From a virus, in IMG/VR virus record IMGVR_UViG_3300045988_124542, positions 1 to 64,000 of that record: 64,000 nucleotides of DNA. The stretch is one strand, 5' to 3'. Below, piece by piece: positions 20,750 through 30,973 of this stretch (its first letter is position 1; each line of letters opens with the position of its first letter). The notes beneath the pieces were generated by a model. The model was not told the DNA's origin and ran no database searches. It saw only the letters and a program-made list of their open reading frames with translations. The position numbers and the translations under genes are program-made.

Positions 20750-20990
20750 ATCCTTCTGTTATTATTTTGTAAACAAGATCAGTCATATCTTTGATGGTCT
20801 CCATATCATAATCATTAATAACAATATTGAATTTTTGTTCCACCATCATTTCCAGTTCAATTTGATCGATAGAATCTAATCCAAGTTCTTTAAACGTCAC
20901 ATCTTCTTCATGAACTATATCTATTTCCGAATTAAGAAACTGAGTAATAATTATATCCTCTATTATCTTTCTGATTCTTACTTTTTCCAT
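20739..20990 (-). CDS. acyl carrier protein-like
   Basis: 83 aa, acidic, LGLDSIDQIELEM phosphopantetheine-attachment (DSL-like) motif. Confidence 0.75.
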   Translation of the reverse strand: MEKVRIRKIIEDIIITQFLNSEIDIVHEEDVTFKELGLDSIDQIELEMMVEQKFNIVINDYDMETIKDMTDLVYKIITEGYGK

Positions 20991-21691
20991 TGCTTTCTAA
21001 TTTTGTTAAATAAATACGTTTTTATGTTTTTCAATCGCTCTTTGTCTGTTTCAGAACTTCCGGTAAACAAATAATCCGGATTGCCTTTAGCCGGCGGCGT
21101 AGGCAATTTAGATACGGCAAACAACCAATCCATTTCCTTATTCTTCTTAGACTCCAAATAAGGCTCGGTAGCGATCTTAAATTTTTCAGCTATTAAGTCA
21201 AAGAGCTTTGAATTTTTAAGGTTCATATGGACCGAAAAGGCCTGAGAAGGCGGTTTCCATATGAAGTTACATAAGCTCATTGTATAATCTCCTGACTCTG
21301 CTATATAAGATTCCGTTACCTGAAGTATGACCTCTTTCTTGAATGAGGTGTTACCCATAAACCAACACAACCTGGATTCCGCTTCTTTTCTGCTGACACC
21401 TATGTCTTTTGAATACGATTCGTACATTCCTATCATAATCTTCAACGTTTCCAGAACCTCGTCTGTCATCTCCGGTGTCTCTATATAATTCACAAAAGAC
21501 GTTCCTTTGTTGGTCAATCTCATCACGCCTGATTTTAATTTCTCAACCAGGCCAAGCTCTATATACCTCCCAGCATCTTTTTCCAGCATGGCTTCGATCA
21601 TAACCGTATCCTTCTGTCTTATAGCAAGAAGATTAGCCAGATCATTAGGAGTCATGTCTGATGCTGCAAGTTGTCTGAAATTGATGTACAT
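20978..21691 (-). CDS. hypothetical protein
   Basis: 237-aa ORF. Confidence 0.5.
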   Translation of the reverse strand: MYINFRQLAASDMTPNDLANLLAIRQKDTVMIEAMLEKDAGRYIELGLVEKLKSGVMRLTNKGTSFVNYIETPEMTDEVLETLKIMIGMYESYSKDIGVSRKEAESRLCWFMGNTSFKKEVILQVTESYIAESGDYTMSLCNFIWKPPSQAFSVHMNLKNSKLFDLIAEKFKIATEPYLESKKNKEMDWLFAVSKLPTPPAKGNPDYLFTGSSETDKERLKNIKTYLFNKIRKQWKK

Positions 21692-21693
21692 GC

Positions 21694-21903
21694 CTAATCA
21701 GCTTTAATAAAAATAACATCCTTACCATCCTCCCTCTCTACGTGATTACACGGGCCTGCGACTACATCTACCGACCCGCATGTAATGTGGTCATTAAATA
21801 TACATCCTTCACATCCTAAGTCTGGCTCTGGAGCATCCACACATTTTAATCTCACAAGTCCGGCATCAAACACTTCTCCTACTTTAAATTCCTTCTTTTC
21901 CAT
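21694..21903 (-). CDS. hypothetical Cys-rich small protein
   Basis: 69 aa with CxxC pairs. Confidence 0.4.
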   Translation of the reverse strand: MEKKEFKVGEVFDAGLVRLKCVDAPEPDLGCEGCIFNDHITCGSVDVVAGPCNHVEREDGKDVIFIKAD

Positions 21904-21918
21904 ATTTCCTCCTTGTTT

Positions 21919-22521
21919 TTAACTGTTGTACCCTTCTTTGATAATCGAATTTCTACCGGTAGATACCGACTGTCGAAGATCGTCATGTACAGAATCTACC
22001 GTAGAATACTTGTTTCTGGTTGTAAAAATCACTTCCAGCATCTCCTTGTAATCACCTAAAGCTACTTCATATCTCGGATCTACTTTGGCTTTTCTTTCGG
22101 CCTCGGCATTACTCTTAGCCAGCTCTCGGTCAAGAAGATCTTCTTTGATTCGGTCAGCAATCATATCAAGTTCTTTTTTTATAACTTCTCCTGCTGCCCG
22201 AAGTTGACCTTCTACGTCGCCAAGCTGATCTTGGACGGTTCCTATTTCTTTCTTTAGGCGATCGTATTCGTTAATCATACCCATATCACCTGCATAGCCG
22301 GAAAAGTCCTTGATTATTCTGGTTCCTTCTTTAAGGAGTTCAATAACTCGTCTTTTACGTTCTCTGCTTATTAAAGACGGAAGACGATAATTCATATCCG
22401 CCACCGCCTTATCATGTATGGAGTTGATTAAAAACATCTCTCTTTCATCCCCTGCAAACTCAGTAAGAACCAAAAGGAACTTACTTATCAGGTATTCGTT
22501 TTCTTCTACTGTTAGTCTCAT
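21919..22521 (-). CDS. hypothetical protein
   Basis: 200-aa ORF, coiled-coil-like. Confidence 0.5.
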   Translation of the reverse strand: MRLTVEENEYLISKFLLVLTEFAGDEREMFLINSIHDKAVADMNYRLPSLISRERKRRVIELLKEGTRIIKDFSGYAGDMGMINEYDRLKKEIGTVQDQLGDVEGQLRAAGEVIKKELDMIADRIKEDLLDRELAKSNAEAERKAKVDPRYEVALGDYKEMLEVIFTTRNKYSTVDSVHDDLRQSVSTGRNSIIKEGYNS

Positions 22522-22536
22522 GGTTCTTATTTTTTT

Positions 22537-23670
22537 TTAATACAATGACTGTTCTTCCTTTGTCTCTTGTTCTTGATCTTGATTGTTCGTAACGTCTTCC
22601 ACAGTATAGAGCTTGGGCGGCGTCGGCGGCTGGTTGGGGTTCACGAACTTCGTCCCGCCCTCCCCGTACATCCATCCATGTCCCGGCAGTATCTCTGGGT
22701 GGATTGTATTAGTAAGCTCTTCCATACTAACTTGCCTTACCTTCAGTATATGATGAAACACCAGTCCGGCTGTCCTGAATGATGTTTTGTTTTCAGTTTT
22801 AAACCTATCAAGAGTCTGATACCAATCTTTCCCAAATATCATATACTTATCCAGCCCGTACCTACGAGGATTGTGCAAGCCTATCATTAACGTACATAAC
22901 TGACCCAGCGTATCAGACTGGTAAAAATCAGAAAGACGCGGAGGCTGCTCTTGTGGGCTTTTTATCCTTCCTTCTATTTCTCTGTTGAATTGGGATATGA
23001 TGAGGAAAAATATGTTTTTATATACTAATTTAGCTTCGTTCATAACCGCCACCAAATCATCTATAGCCGACTTAGGATCTAATCCCATTCTTTTTATCAA
23101 AGCAATATGATCGACTTTAAATATTATAAGACGTTTGTCTTTATGTTTGGTAGCTATATGATACACAGCCGCCTCAAACTCTTTTACCGTACACGGAGCA
23201 TCGATGTATATTATATTATTTCTGATTTCACCTTGAAGGATTTCAAACATCCTCATCTCTTCTACTGTATTAGAATCTTGCCTTCTTAATATTTCAGGAG
23301 CCCGCTTTTTCATATCCTGGCTCATTCTGCGAAGAAGAAGATCTTGAGGATTCATTTCGAACTCGCAATTAACAAGAAAATAATCTTCTGCTTGCGGGTT
23401 GATCATCGGATTCATCACATTTTCCAATATCTTTTGGGCCACATACGATTTACCTACAGATGGCCGGGCTCCTATGGCAATAGCATGCTGAGGGAAAATA
23501 CCTCCAAGCAAAGCCTCATCAATATAATCGTATCCGGTTTTAGCGGGGATAAGCTCTCCCCGCCTGTATTTCAAGATATTCTCATACGCCTCTTCCATAA
23601 CTTGTTTAGAGGTCTTGAATATCCTTCTTATATCTATCCTATTTGCTATCTCCTCTTGCATTTTTGTCAC
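22537..23670 (-). CDS. dnaB: DnaB-like replicative helicase (RecA-fold domain)
   Basis: Walker A GARPSVGKSYVA, LIISQFNREIEGR resembling DnaB ISQLNR..E.R motif. Confidence 0.75.
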   Translation of the reverse strand: MTKMQEEIANRIDIRRIFKTSKQVMEEAYENILKYRRGELIPAKTGYDYIDEALLGGIFPQHAIAIGARPSVGKSYVAQKILENVMNPMINPQAEDYFLVNCEFEMNPQDLLLRRMSQDMKKRAPEILRRQDSNTVEEMRMFEILQGEIRNNIIYIDAPCTVKEFEAAVYHIATKHKDKRLIIFKVDHIALIKRMGLDPKSAIDDLVAVMNEAKLVYKNIFFLIISQFNREIEGRIKSPQEQPPRLSDFYQSDTLGQLCTLMIGLHNPRRYGLDKYMIFGKDWYQTLDRFKTENKTSFRTAGLVFHHILKVRQVSMEELTNTIHPEILPGHGWMYGEGGTKFVNPNQPPTPPKLYTVEDVTNNQDQEQETKEEQSLY

Positions 23671-23917
23671 CTTTCGTATCCGACTTGGATCCCCTATTAG
23701 CTTTTACTGATTTATACCTAAGACCGTTCTTGGTATGAGAACAATCCTTGCCTTTCCTCCAGCCCTTGCCCTTCTTCTTGTCCGTTTCGTAGTTTTTACG
23801 ACCAAGCTCCCGGCGTTTGGCTTTCTGTTCCGGTCTGGCATTTATCTCCTTGTCCTTTTTAGCCTTTTTCTTCCTGGCTTCTGGATGAGTCCTGTAGTAC
23901 TCTGTTGATCTGCCCAT
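23639..23917 (-). CDS. hypothetical highly basic protein
   Basis: 92 aa, Lys/Arg rich. Confidence 0.4.
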   Translation of the reverse strand: MGRSTEYYRTHPEARKKKAKKDKEINARPEQKAKRRELGRKNYETDKKKGKGWRKGKDCSHTKNGLRYKSVKANRGSKSDTKGDKNARGDSK

Positions 23918-23969
23918 GTGCTTATATTTTTTTTGATTAATAATAGCACAAAGATAGGCAATTCGCGCC

Positions 23970-24536
23970 CTATTTCAACCTGCCGTAGCTCATATCAGGA
24001 TCACACCAGACATACCCATCTTTCTCATCATGGAGATACTCAGGACATCCTCTACATGCGCTACTTCCTGACACTATTTGATTGTTCTTATTAGGGCACT
24101 TATCTCCAGGCTTATGCCATTCTATTCTCGAACCTGATCGTTCTTTGTTTACATGACAGAACTGAAAGACTTTTCCCATCGTCTTCTCGCCAAACATACC
24201 TATATGTGTGTACTCTTCCGGTATAGATAGAAATTCAGATAAATCTTTATACATCCTTTCCCGTTCCTCCGGCGTAGACCATAATCTGTCAAGTTCGGCA
24301 TGGACTCTTATCTTAAGAGACCTCAGTGATGGCCCCGCAAGCCGGCCTTTAGCTTTTCCCTTATTCGGCCCTGATTCATGAACACCGACATAAGCGTTGC
24401 ATGGTTTGCACATCATAACCATCCCTAAGCCTTTTCTGCTATATATTTTATCGGCATTTACCAGCTCAGTTTCTCTTCCGCAATAAGGACAAATTTCGCC
24501 TCTTAAAACCCGTTGTTGGCGCTCATTAAGTTCCAT
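23970..24536 (-). CDS. hypothetical zinc-finger protein
   Basis: CPYCG...CKPC and CRGCPEY motifs. Confidence 0.5.
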   Translation of the reverse strand: MELNERQQRVLRGEICPYCGRETELVNADKIYSRKGLGMVMMCKPCNAYVGVHESGPNKGKAKGRLAGPSLRSLKIRVHAELDRLWSTPEERERMYKDLSEFLSIPEEYTHIGMFGEKTMGKVFQFCHVNKERSGSRIEWHKPGDKCPNKNNQIVSGSSACRGCPEYLHDEKDGYVWCDPDMSYGRLK

Positions 24537-24778
24537 ACCCTATTCTTTTGTTTTTCTTTAAACTTTTCATACAAACTGCTTTCAGTTTCCATTTCTGAGA
24601 TCTCTACCTCTACGTCCTCTCTTTTGAAAATTACTTTCTTGGCTGTCGGATACGCACATTTAGAGATACGAATAGCATTACGAATAGCGTAAACAAAATA
24701 CGTTTCTGGTGACGATTCGATCACCACTACCTCATTTAAAGTATTTTTATAATTTTCCATATTATCTGCTTGCTTCAA
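24503..24778 (-). CDS. hypothetical protein
   Basis: 91-aa ORF. Confidence 0.35.
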   Translation of the reverse strand: MKQADNMENYKNTLNEVVVIESSPETYFVYAIRNAIRISKCAYPTAKKVIFKREDVEVEISEMETESSLYEKFKEKQKNRVWNLMSANNGF

Positions 24779-25115
24779 TTATATAACCCGGATGATCTTC
24801 ACACGCCTCTTTGTATTTGATAAGAAACTTAAGAAATGAATCATAAGACCCCCATCCGTTTTCTGGTTCGTATCTCAAAAGACTCTTTCTCTTGGAGATC
24901 ATAATATATATACCTTTTGTGAGTATCTTCACCATCTCCTTAGTATCTATTTCCCTGCCCAATTCTTCCGGTCTCCAAACATAATCGTATAGTGTTTCTT
25001 TGTTTTCTGATACGAATATTTTTTGTGCCATCTTGTTCATGTTGTGGGTGATGTTTGCAACCCATTTACGATCCTCTTCTTTCTTCTTGCTCTTAATATA
25101 AACGTCCAGGCTCAT
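24762..25115 (-). CDS. hypothetical protein
   Basis: 117-aa ORF. Confidence 0.4.
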   Translation of the reverse strand: MSLDVYIKSKKKEEDRKWVANITHNMNKMAQKIFVSENKETLYDYVWRPEELGREIDTKEMVKILTKGIYIMISKRKSLLRYEPENGWGSYDSFLKFLIKYKEACEDHPGYIIEASR

Positions 25116-26106
25116 AATATTTCTCTTTTACTTTGTTATTAATTATCAAATCTGCCACATCATCTCCGTCCCCTACATTCTCAACACTCTGAAGATAGTC
25201 CGATACTTTTATCCTTGACTTCATCATCATCCCATCTATCTTTTTACTCCATGTGTCAAATGCTTGTCCTTTGTCCGGAAAAGCTACAGTCTTTCTATCT
25301 TTTAAAACATCTATCACTTCCGGTCTTAAGTTCTGCAACCCACCGGTAGCTACAAACAACTCATCTGGTTTATTCACGGCGCATATAATAGCCGTCTTTT
25401 CTGACTCCACCAAATTAACTACCTTATCTGGATACTGGCTTAGAAGATGTTCTCCAAACAGGCATTGTCTAAACAAGAAGTCTCTTGCATGCAACGAGTG
25501 ATAAAACATGACATGAGGTCGCTCATTGTCACCGTCTTTTTCCTTCACTCTTTTTACATCAATCTCATTCCCCTGGCTGTCGGTCTTTATATAAAAATCC
25601 ATAATCTTGCCGGTTCTGCATACAAAGTCCTTATCTATCTGCCAGAATATACAACACCCTTTCCATCCCCATAAGTCCATTGTTCCAACATGATACCTTC
25701 TAAATACGTCAGATACCCTTTCTTTTCCCCATAGAGACGATAAAAATCTAAATACGGTGTTTCTATCGTCTGGAACTACAGTCCTCTCAAACTCGCTAAA
25801 AGGTATGTAATTTACAACGTCAGGATTTACAGGAGGACGATAAGCTCTTATGCACTTATTTCCCGAAATCCAAAGATCTTTGTCACCTACATCCTTGCCG
25901 GTAGGTCGTTTATCATAACCGCAAGTTCGTTCATGATCGCATCTTCCAAACTCATTGCCAACGACCTGACCGGTCGCCACATCAATATAAGGGGTAAGGC
26001 ACCGGCTTTTCCCGCAAGCCGGGCAGGTTAGCTTCAGTCGGCTCCTGCCAGGCCTGCGGTCAAGTTGAAACCGAGGTACGTTTTCGTATTTTCTAAAATC
26101 AAGCAT
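25093..26106 (-). CDS. putative DNA primase (zinc-ribbon plus Toprim-like region)
   Basis: N-terminal CPACG...C..C zinc ribbon; acidic DxD-like patches; located 1.4 kb from DnaB-like helicase. Confidence 0.4.
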   Translation of the reverse strand: MLDFRKYENVPRFQLDRRPGRSRLKLTCPACGKSRCLTPYIDVATGQVVGNEFGRCDHERTCGYDKRPTGKDVGDKDLWISGNKCIRAYRPPVNPDVVNYIPFSEFERTVVPDDRNTVFRFLSSLWGKERVSDVFRRYHVGTMDLWGWKGCCIFWQIDKDFVCRTGKIMDFYIKTDSQGNEIDVKRVKEKDGDNERPHVMFYHSLHARDFLFRQCLFGEHLLSQYPDKVVNLVESEKTAIICAVNKPDELFVATGGLQNLRPEVIDVLKDRKTVAFPDKGQAFDTWSKKIDGMMMKSRIKVSDYLQSVENVGDGDDVADLIINNKVKEKYYEPGRLY

Positions 26107-26128
26107 CCTTAGCTCCTCTCATTGCTTT

Positions 26129-27457
26129 TTATATCATGAACCTTTTAGATATTTCCTCTGCAATATCATATACAACCGTATGATCCTCTTCATTGTATGG
26201 TTTATTGATATTCAACACTCCTTTTCTCACTTTGAATTTCTTATCTTTTCTAAGGTGATTCAACATACCTTGTTGGAACACACAGTCCGCCTTTTCAAGT
26301 GCTACACTGTCTTCTGTCCATTCTTTCAGCGTATATCCTTTACTGCTCGTGCTTTTTGGAGAAAAGTTCATAATACGTGCATCAATGCCATACCATGCTT
26401 TAACCATTCTTCTTTCAGCTTCCAATTGGAATGCATATGATTCCCATATTCCTCCCGATTTAAAGTCAAGAATGACCACTTCTTCTTTTTCCACTTCTCT
26501 TACTTCCTTCTTCGGATCACCTTTTTTGAACTGTCCGGTAGCCCTTTGATACACGGCTCCAAAATAACCTTCTTCTTTGTATTTGAATGTCATTTTAACC
26601 ATCGCATCAATAGGTGTTGCTACAAGGTAATCCTCTAAAGAAAGGATTCTTTCTATCATCATCGGTTTCACCTTGTAATCAGAACAGAATTTGGCAAACT
26701 TCATGACCCTGACAATCATATCGTCAAGATCATCTATGCTATTAAAGAACCGATCAAGATTTTTCTTAGATATCTTCAGCTTGCCTTCTTGCACTGTCTT
26801 AACCACAAAGCTTCGATTTAAGACCATATCTCTACCTGTTAGGTACAATCCGTATAAGTAGTGCATGATCGTTCCCTTATCGGCTTCATACTGCGCTACC
26901 TCTTCTGGATTGCGACCAAGCATCTTTATCTCTTGCTTCCATTCCTGAAGTGCTGTCTTATCATCTACATACCCATCTTTGATTAAAGTTGTTACCGAAG
27001 CATATATCTTAGCCGTCCCATCATCCATCTTTCTTACATAAAAACGATTATCGTCTAATGTCAATCTTACGAATTTGGGGGTCTCAATCTTCTTTAACTC
27101 ATCACAGATATAAAACGGCTCTAATGTTTCCTGATTTTCTGTAAACGGATTCGAATCTTCTTCTCCAGGGTTAGGAGCGGCTTCCTCCGCCTGAGCTTCC
27201 GGTTCCTCCTTCTGGACCGGCTCTGGCTCAGGCGCCGGCTCTTTAACTACTGGAACCTGTCCGCCTCTTTCTGCTATGTCTCTGTTCTTTATTAAAGACA
27301 TAACCTCCTTCTTCAACTGCTCTGGTGTTTGGTTAGGATCTGACACCGACATCACAACATCGTTCATTCTAAACAACGTATTTCCCTCTCCTTTCACCAT
27401 AGGTACAAACCCTAAATCTATTAATATTTTAATCTTTTCTTCTATCATACCTATCAA
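26129..27457 (-). CDS. PD-(D/E)XK family nuclease (RecB/Cas4-like core without Cys cluster)
   Basis: motif VVILDFKSGG resembling hhhDYKTG; Pro/Glu-rich linker. Confidence 0.4.
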   Translation of the reverse strand: MIGMIEEKIKILIDLGFVPMVKGEGNTLFRMNDVVMSVSDPNQTPEQLKKEVMSLIKNRDIAERGGQVPVVKEPAPEPEPVQKEEPEAQAEEAAPNPGEEDSNPFTENQETLEPFYICDELKKIETPKFVRLTLDDNRFYVRKMDDGTAKIYASVTTLIKDGYVDDKTALQEWKQEIKMLGRNPEEVAQYEADKGTIMHYLYGLYLTGRDMVLNRSFVVKTVQEGKLKISKKNLDRFFNSIDDLDDMIVRVMKFAKFCSDYKVKPMMIERILSLEDYLVATPIDAMVKMTFKYKEEGYFGAVYQRATGQFKKGDPKKEVREVEKEEVVILDFKSGGIWESYAFQLEAERRMVKAWYGIDARIMNFSPKSTSSKGYTLKEWTEDSVALEKADCVFQQGMLNHLRKDKKFKVRKGVLNINKPYNEEDHTVVYDIAEEISKRFMI

Positions 27458-27947
27458 TTATTTCAATAATCAACCTACCTCTTTCCTTGATCATTCCTCT
27501 GCTTTCCATATCCAGTACCTTCTTTACCGCATACTTCCACACAAAAGGAAATTCTGTTTCAAGTTTATCAAATTCCATCCGGTCAAGATACATGTCGAAT
27601 ACCGTATGCTCCGATTCATGAAGGAAAACTATATTATCCCTGCAAGTAGCAACTGACTTATATATCCTTTTCGGAAGTATGTGACAGACGTTACATACTG
27701 TAGGAAAATGAATAGCCTTACCGGTCATAGACATCCGACTATTATTTAACTCTTCCAGCATAAGACGAAAAAACCCGGATAAATCCGGGTTCTCTAACTT
27801 TTTCTTCTTGCTGCTGTTTTTAATGGATGTAATTCTGTCTTTTTTCTTCGGAGTCAACTCTTTACTCCTGCAAGCCTGGCATAAGCCATGACTTCTTATC
27901 ATCACTTTTCGTCCGCATCTTTCGCAGACGTACAATTTCTTTTCCAC
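27429..27947 (-). CDS. putative HNH-type endonuclease / zinc-ribbon protein
   Basis: CERCG...CQAC ribbon; CNVCHILPK...NIVFLHESEH resembling HNH. Confidence 0.35.
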   Translation of the reverse strand: MEKKLYVCERCGRKVMIRSHGLCQACRSKELTPKKKDRITSIKNSSKKKKLENPDLSGFFRLMLEELNNSRMSMTGKAIHFPTVCNVCHILPKRIYKSVATCRDNIVFLHESEHTVFDMYLDRMEFDKLETEFPFVWKYAVKKVLDMESRGMIKERGRLIIEIIDRYDRRKD

Positions 27948-28132
27948 TCTCTATATTTCAATACAAGTGATATAATTGAAAAGGATACTGCCGTTAAAGA
28001 TAACGTATATGGTAAGTTCATTAACCATCTCGGTACCTCTTCGGTCTTAATCACTATCAACAAAGTAGCACCTGCTACTACCAATAATACAATTGCCGTC
28101 GCAAGTGCTACACGGGAAACAACATCACTCAT
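27902..28132 (-). CDS. small two-TM membrane protein
   Basis: 76 aa with two hydrophobic helices. Confidence 0.4.
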   Translation of the reverse strand: MSDVVSRVALATAIVLLVVAGATLLIVIKTEEVPRWLMNLPYTLSLTAVSFSIISLVLKYREWKRNCTSAKDADEK

Positions 28133-28595
28133 CAGTTTTCTTTTCTCCCAATTTTTCTACACCTTTTTGCAGATCGTATTTAAACACTTCAATGATCTTT
28201 GTTTCAGCAATAGACTCGCAATTCCAGTCTCCCAACGTACCCTGCATACCTTTAGTCAACACAGCTTCGGCGTCTTTAGGATTGCCGGCTTGGACATACA
28301 TATAGCATGGCGTTTTCTTTTCTTTACCTTTCTTTTCATCCAGTGTAATGTAATTCACCTTGCACTTATACCAGTACTCAGCTTCTCCGTTGAAAAAGAT
28401 TTCTGACACTTTAATAGGGTTAATTTTTACAACCTCGAAAGAATTGTACAAATCCTTAAAGATCTCCAACGATCTTGATTCTGCCTCTGTATAAGACAAG
28501 GCATCCACCAAATACTTTTCAGTTACTTTCTTTTTTTTGCCGTTCTCGATATTATCAATCTCGGCTTTTACCGTAATTTCAAACCAGCGATTCAT
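28125..28595 (-). CDS. hypothetical protein
   Basis: 156-aa ORF. Confidence 0.5.
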   Translation of the reverse strand: MNRWFEITVKAEIDNIENGKKKKVTEKYLVDALSYTEAESRSLEIFKDLYNSFEVVKINPIKVSEIFFNGEAEYWYKCKVNYITLDEKKGKEKKTPCYMYVQAGNPKDAEAVLTKGMQGTLGDWNCESIAETKIIEVFKYDLQKGVEKLGEKKTDE

Positions 28596-28606
28596 TGTAT
28601 TAATAT

Positions 28607-28915
28607 TTAATTAGTTGATTTCTTTCCTTTCTCTATACTATTTTTAAATCTTTCAGAACACCACTGCAAAACGTCCATCATCATCATCTCATTATTAGAT
28701 AAGATACCTTTTATAACTAACGCCAATTGATGCTGTGACATTCTTTGGCTCATATCAAATCTTCTTTCCTCTTCATTTACTATCGTAGCCACGAAATACT
28801 TACACCCCTCTAAGTGCGTCAGGGCTTCAATCATAGCTTCTTTTATCTCTTTTTCTTCCATTATGTTTGTTTTTTTTGGGCAAAGATATGTCTTTTGATA
28901 ATAAAAAAGATTCAA
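28607..28915 (-). CDS. hypothetical protein
   Basis: 102-aa ORF. Confidence 0.45.
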   Translation of the reverse strand: MNLFYYQKTYLCPKKTNIMEEKEIKEAMIEALTHLEGCKYFVATIVNEEERRFDMSQRMSQHQLALVIKGILSNNEMMMMDVLQWCSERFKNSIEKGKKSTN

Positions 28916-28935
28916 AATGATTTAATTTAGCTTAA

Positions 28936-29604
28936 TTACTGCTCTTTTGATTCGTCCGGTATAGGCATGTCAAACTTTTTTCTGATAAACGACTCTGTTT
29001 CTTCATTGAATGGATAGGCTTCCTTAATAAAATTCATAGCTACCTCCATATCACCGTCTGCTATATCTTTATACCTTTCAAAGATACCAACCAGGTCATT
29101 GTTATATGAACGCTCTTGTTTTATGTTGTACACGTATTTCAACACCCTGTCTTTAATTTCATTGGCTTTTTTCACGGTGTCATTGAAGGTATTTATACTT
29201 GTCAATTCAGGGTTTTTATTTTTCTCATCTATCTTATCAAACTCTTCCTTGCTATATCCTGTTTCTCCTTTAACAGCCGGGCAAACACCCTCCTTCATGA
29301 TCCAAAACTGTTCATACGATCCTGCCAGATATCTCGATTCTGTTTTAAATGCATTATACTTGACAAGCAAATTAGCCACCTCAGTTGCACCTTCTATGGT
29401 TCTAAAACCGATGCCGATATCTTTTAACATAAATACCGGAACTCCAGTTCTTGGATACACGACTTCTTTTTTGTTCTTTATATTCCAGTTTTTAGCTTCA
29501 ATTGGAATACCTTTATTAGCAAGCTCTTTGTCTATATACAGACTTATGTCTTCGTCTGTCAATGCCACAATCTCATCTCTGCTTAAATCAAAAACTGTTT
29601 TCAT
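28936..29604 (-). CDS. hypothetical protein
   Basis: 222-aa ORF. Confidence 0.5.
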   Translation of the reverse strand: MKTVFDLSRDEIVALTDEDISLYIDKELANKGIPIEAKNWNIKNKKEVVYPRTGVPVFMLKDIGIGFRTIEGATEVANLLVKYNAFKTESRYLAGSYEQFWIMKEGVCPAVKGETGYSKEEFDKIDEKNKNPELTSINTFNDTVKKANEIKDRVLKYVYNIKQERSYNNDLVGIFERYKDIADGDMEVAMNFIKEAYPFNEETESFIRKKFDMPIPDESKEQ

Positions 29605-29804
29605 TTTTCTTTATTTATTAAATTAAACAACTTACTTCTTTGTTCAGGCTCCGTATATTCTACCCATATATCGGCCGCCACATTTCTAAGAAATTCCATA
29701 AAGTCTTGATGATCCCTGTATTCAGCAGAATCAACTTTTCTCACAAAACTTAGAATTTCCTTTAACATCTTATTGTTTTCTTCAAGAAGTTCTCTGTCGG
29801 TCAT
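29601..29804 (-). CDS. hypothetical protein
   Basis: 67-aa ORF coupled to upstream gene. Confidence 0.4.
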   Translation of the reverse strand: MTDRELLEENNKMLKEILSFVRKVDSAEYRDHQDFMEFLRNVAADIWVEYTEPEQRSKLFNLINKEK

Positions 29805-29823
29805 AACCTTTCATATTTTCTTC

Positions 29824-30267
29824 TTAACTCATTTTTACCCATTTGGCATTATCAGGTATTAAATCCTTAAATTCTTCTGGGATTTTCCCTTGATGCCACC
29901 AATCATTGGAAATGATTTTTCTCCCATCATTTGAAATAGCCTCCATCATTCTTCCTCCCATACCCATGAATCTTCGTGTTTTGTTGTTTGTATTGGGAAC
30001 AAACGGATTAGCTATCCATGATTCTCCATCTATAATCAACCAATTGGGATTATTCTTATTCTCTTCATATAGTCTGATCCAAAACGCACAAGAATAGCAA
30101 ACTCCATCTCGTTCCATAATAGACCGTATAGGACATTTACAAAAATGTTCTGGATTCATGCTATGTATATTATTTTGCCCCGACCCATCTTCGCAGCCGC
30201 ATTTGGGACATATTTTCTTCTTTTCGCTTTCCATATTGCTTATGCTGTTTTTAAGGTAATAGATCAT
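29824..30267 (-). CDS. zinc-ribbon protein, paralog family member B
   Basis: CPKCGC...C..C; IDGESW and DLIPDNAKW blocks shared with 9509-9997. Confidence 0.6.
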   Translation of the reverse strand: MIYYLKNSISNMESEKKKICPKCGCEDGSGQNNIHSMNPEHFCKCPIRSIMERDGVCYSCAFWIRLYEENKNNPNWLIIDGESWIANPFVPNTNNKTRRFMGMGGRMMEAISNDGRKIISNDWWHQGKIPEEFKDLIPDNAKWVKMS

Positions 30268-30511
30268 CTAAATAAGCCCATGATTCCATTTCATCTAATC
30301 TGTATAAAATACATCCTGGACGGCTGGATATAAAAGTTTTGTTCTCTTCCAATATACCCATAATTGGACTCTTTGATCCTATTGTTGATTTCTTGGGGAG
30401 AAACACAATAAAACGGTGGCAATCTGGAATTACTGTTATAGAATGCCACACGCTGTTAATGCGCCACTCTGCACCAGCTTTAAAAAGAGGAATAGCATAT
30501 TCTTGTTCCAT
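30251..30511 (-). CDS. hypothetical protein
   Basis: 86-aa ORF. Confidence 0.35.
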   Translation of the reverse strand: MEQEYAIPLFKAGAEWRINSVWHSITVIPDCHRFIVFLPKKSTIGSKSPIMGILEENKTFISSRPGCILYRLDEMESWAYLDDLLP

Positions 30512-30517
30512 GTCTAT

Positions 30518-30973
30518 TTAGTTTTGAATTAATGTGAAAAGAGCAATTATAGCCGCAACTGATATAATAGATAAAATAACGTTTGCCAATGCATGCTTTA
30601 AGAGGCGCCTTTCGAGATTTGCGATATGCTTTCTTAGTCCTTCGCAATGTTTTTTTGTAGATTTGGATTCTTTGAGTTCTTTGTTGTATTTTACCATATT
30701 TTTGTCGCACCATTTCATTATATCAGCACTTGCTTTGTTAAGCATATCTCTGATTTTTTCATCATCATAGAATGGTATTTCAACATCAACACAAGTATTT
30801 GGCCTGTATAATAATCCGTATGTATCAAAGCACACTTTCAATGTGACAACTTCAGGCTTAGCCATTTCTTCGGCTTGTTTCTTTATCTGCTCATCTGTTG
30901 CTTCGGCTTTAGCTTTAAGCTCATTGTAGTCTTCTATATTCAGCAAAGCCATGTTTTCAAATTCTGTATTCAT
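30518..30973 (-). CDS. hypothetical C-terminally membrane-anchored protein
   Basis: C-terminal helix VILSIISVAAIIALFTLI. Confidence 0.45.
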   Translation of the reverse strand: MNTEFENMALLNIEDYNELKAKAEATDEQIKKQAEEMAKPEVVTLKVCFDTYGLLYRPNTCVDVEIPFYDDEKIRDMLNKASADIMKWCDKNMVKYNKELKESKSTKKHCEGLRKHIANLERRLLKHALANVILSIISVAAIIALFTLIQN

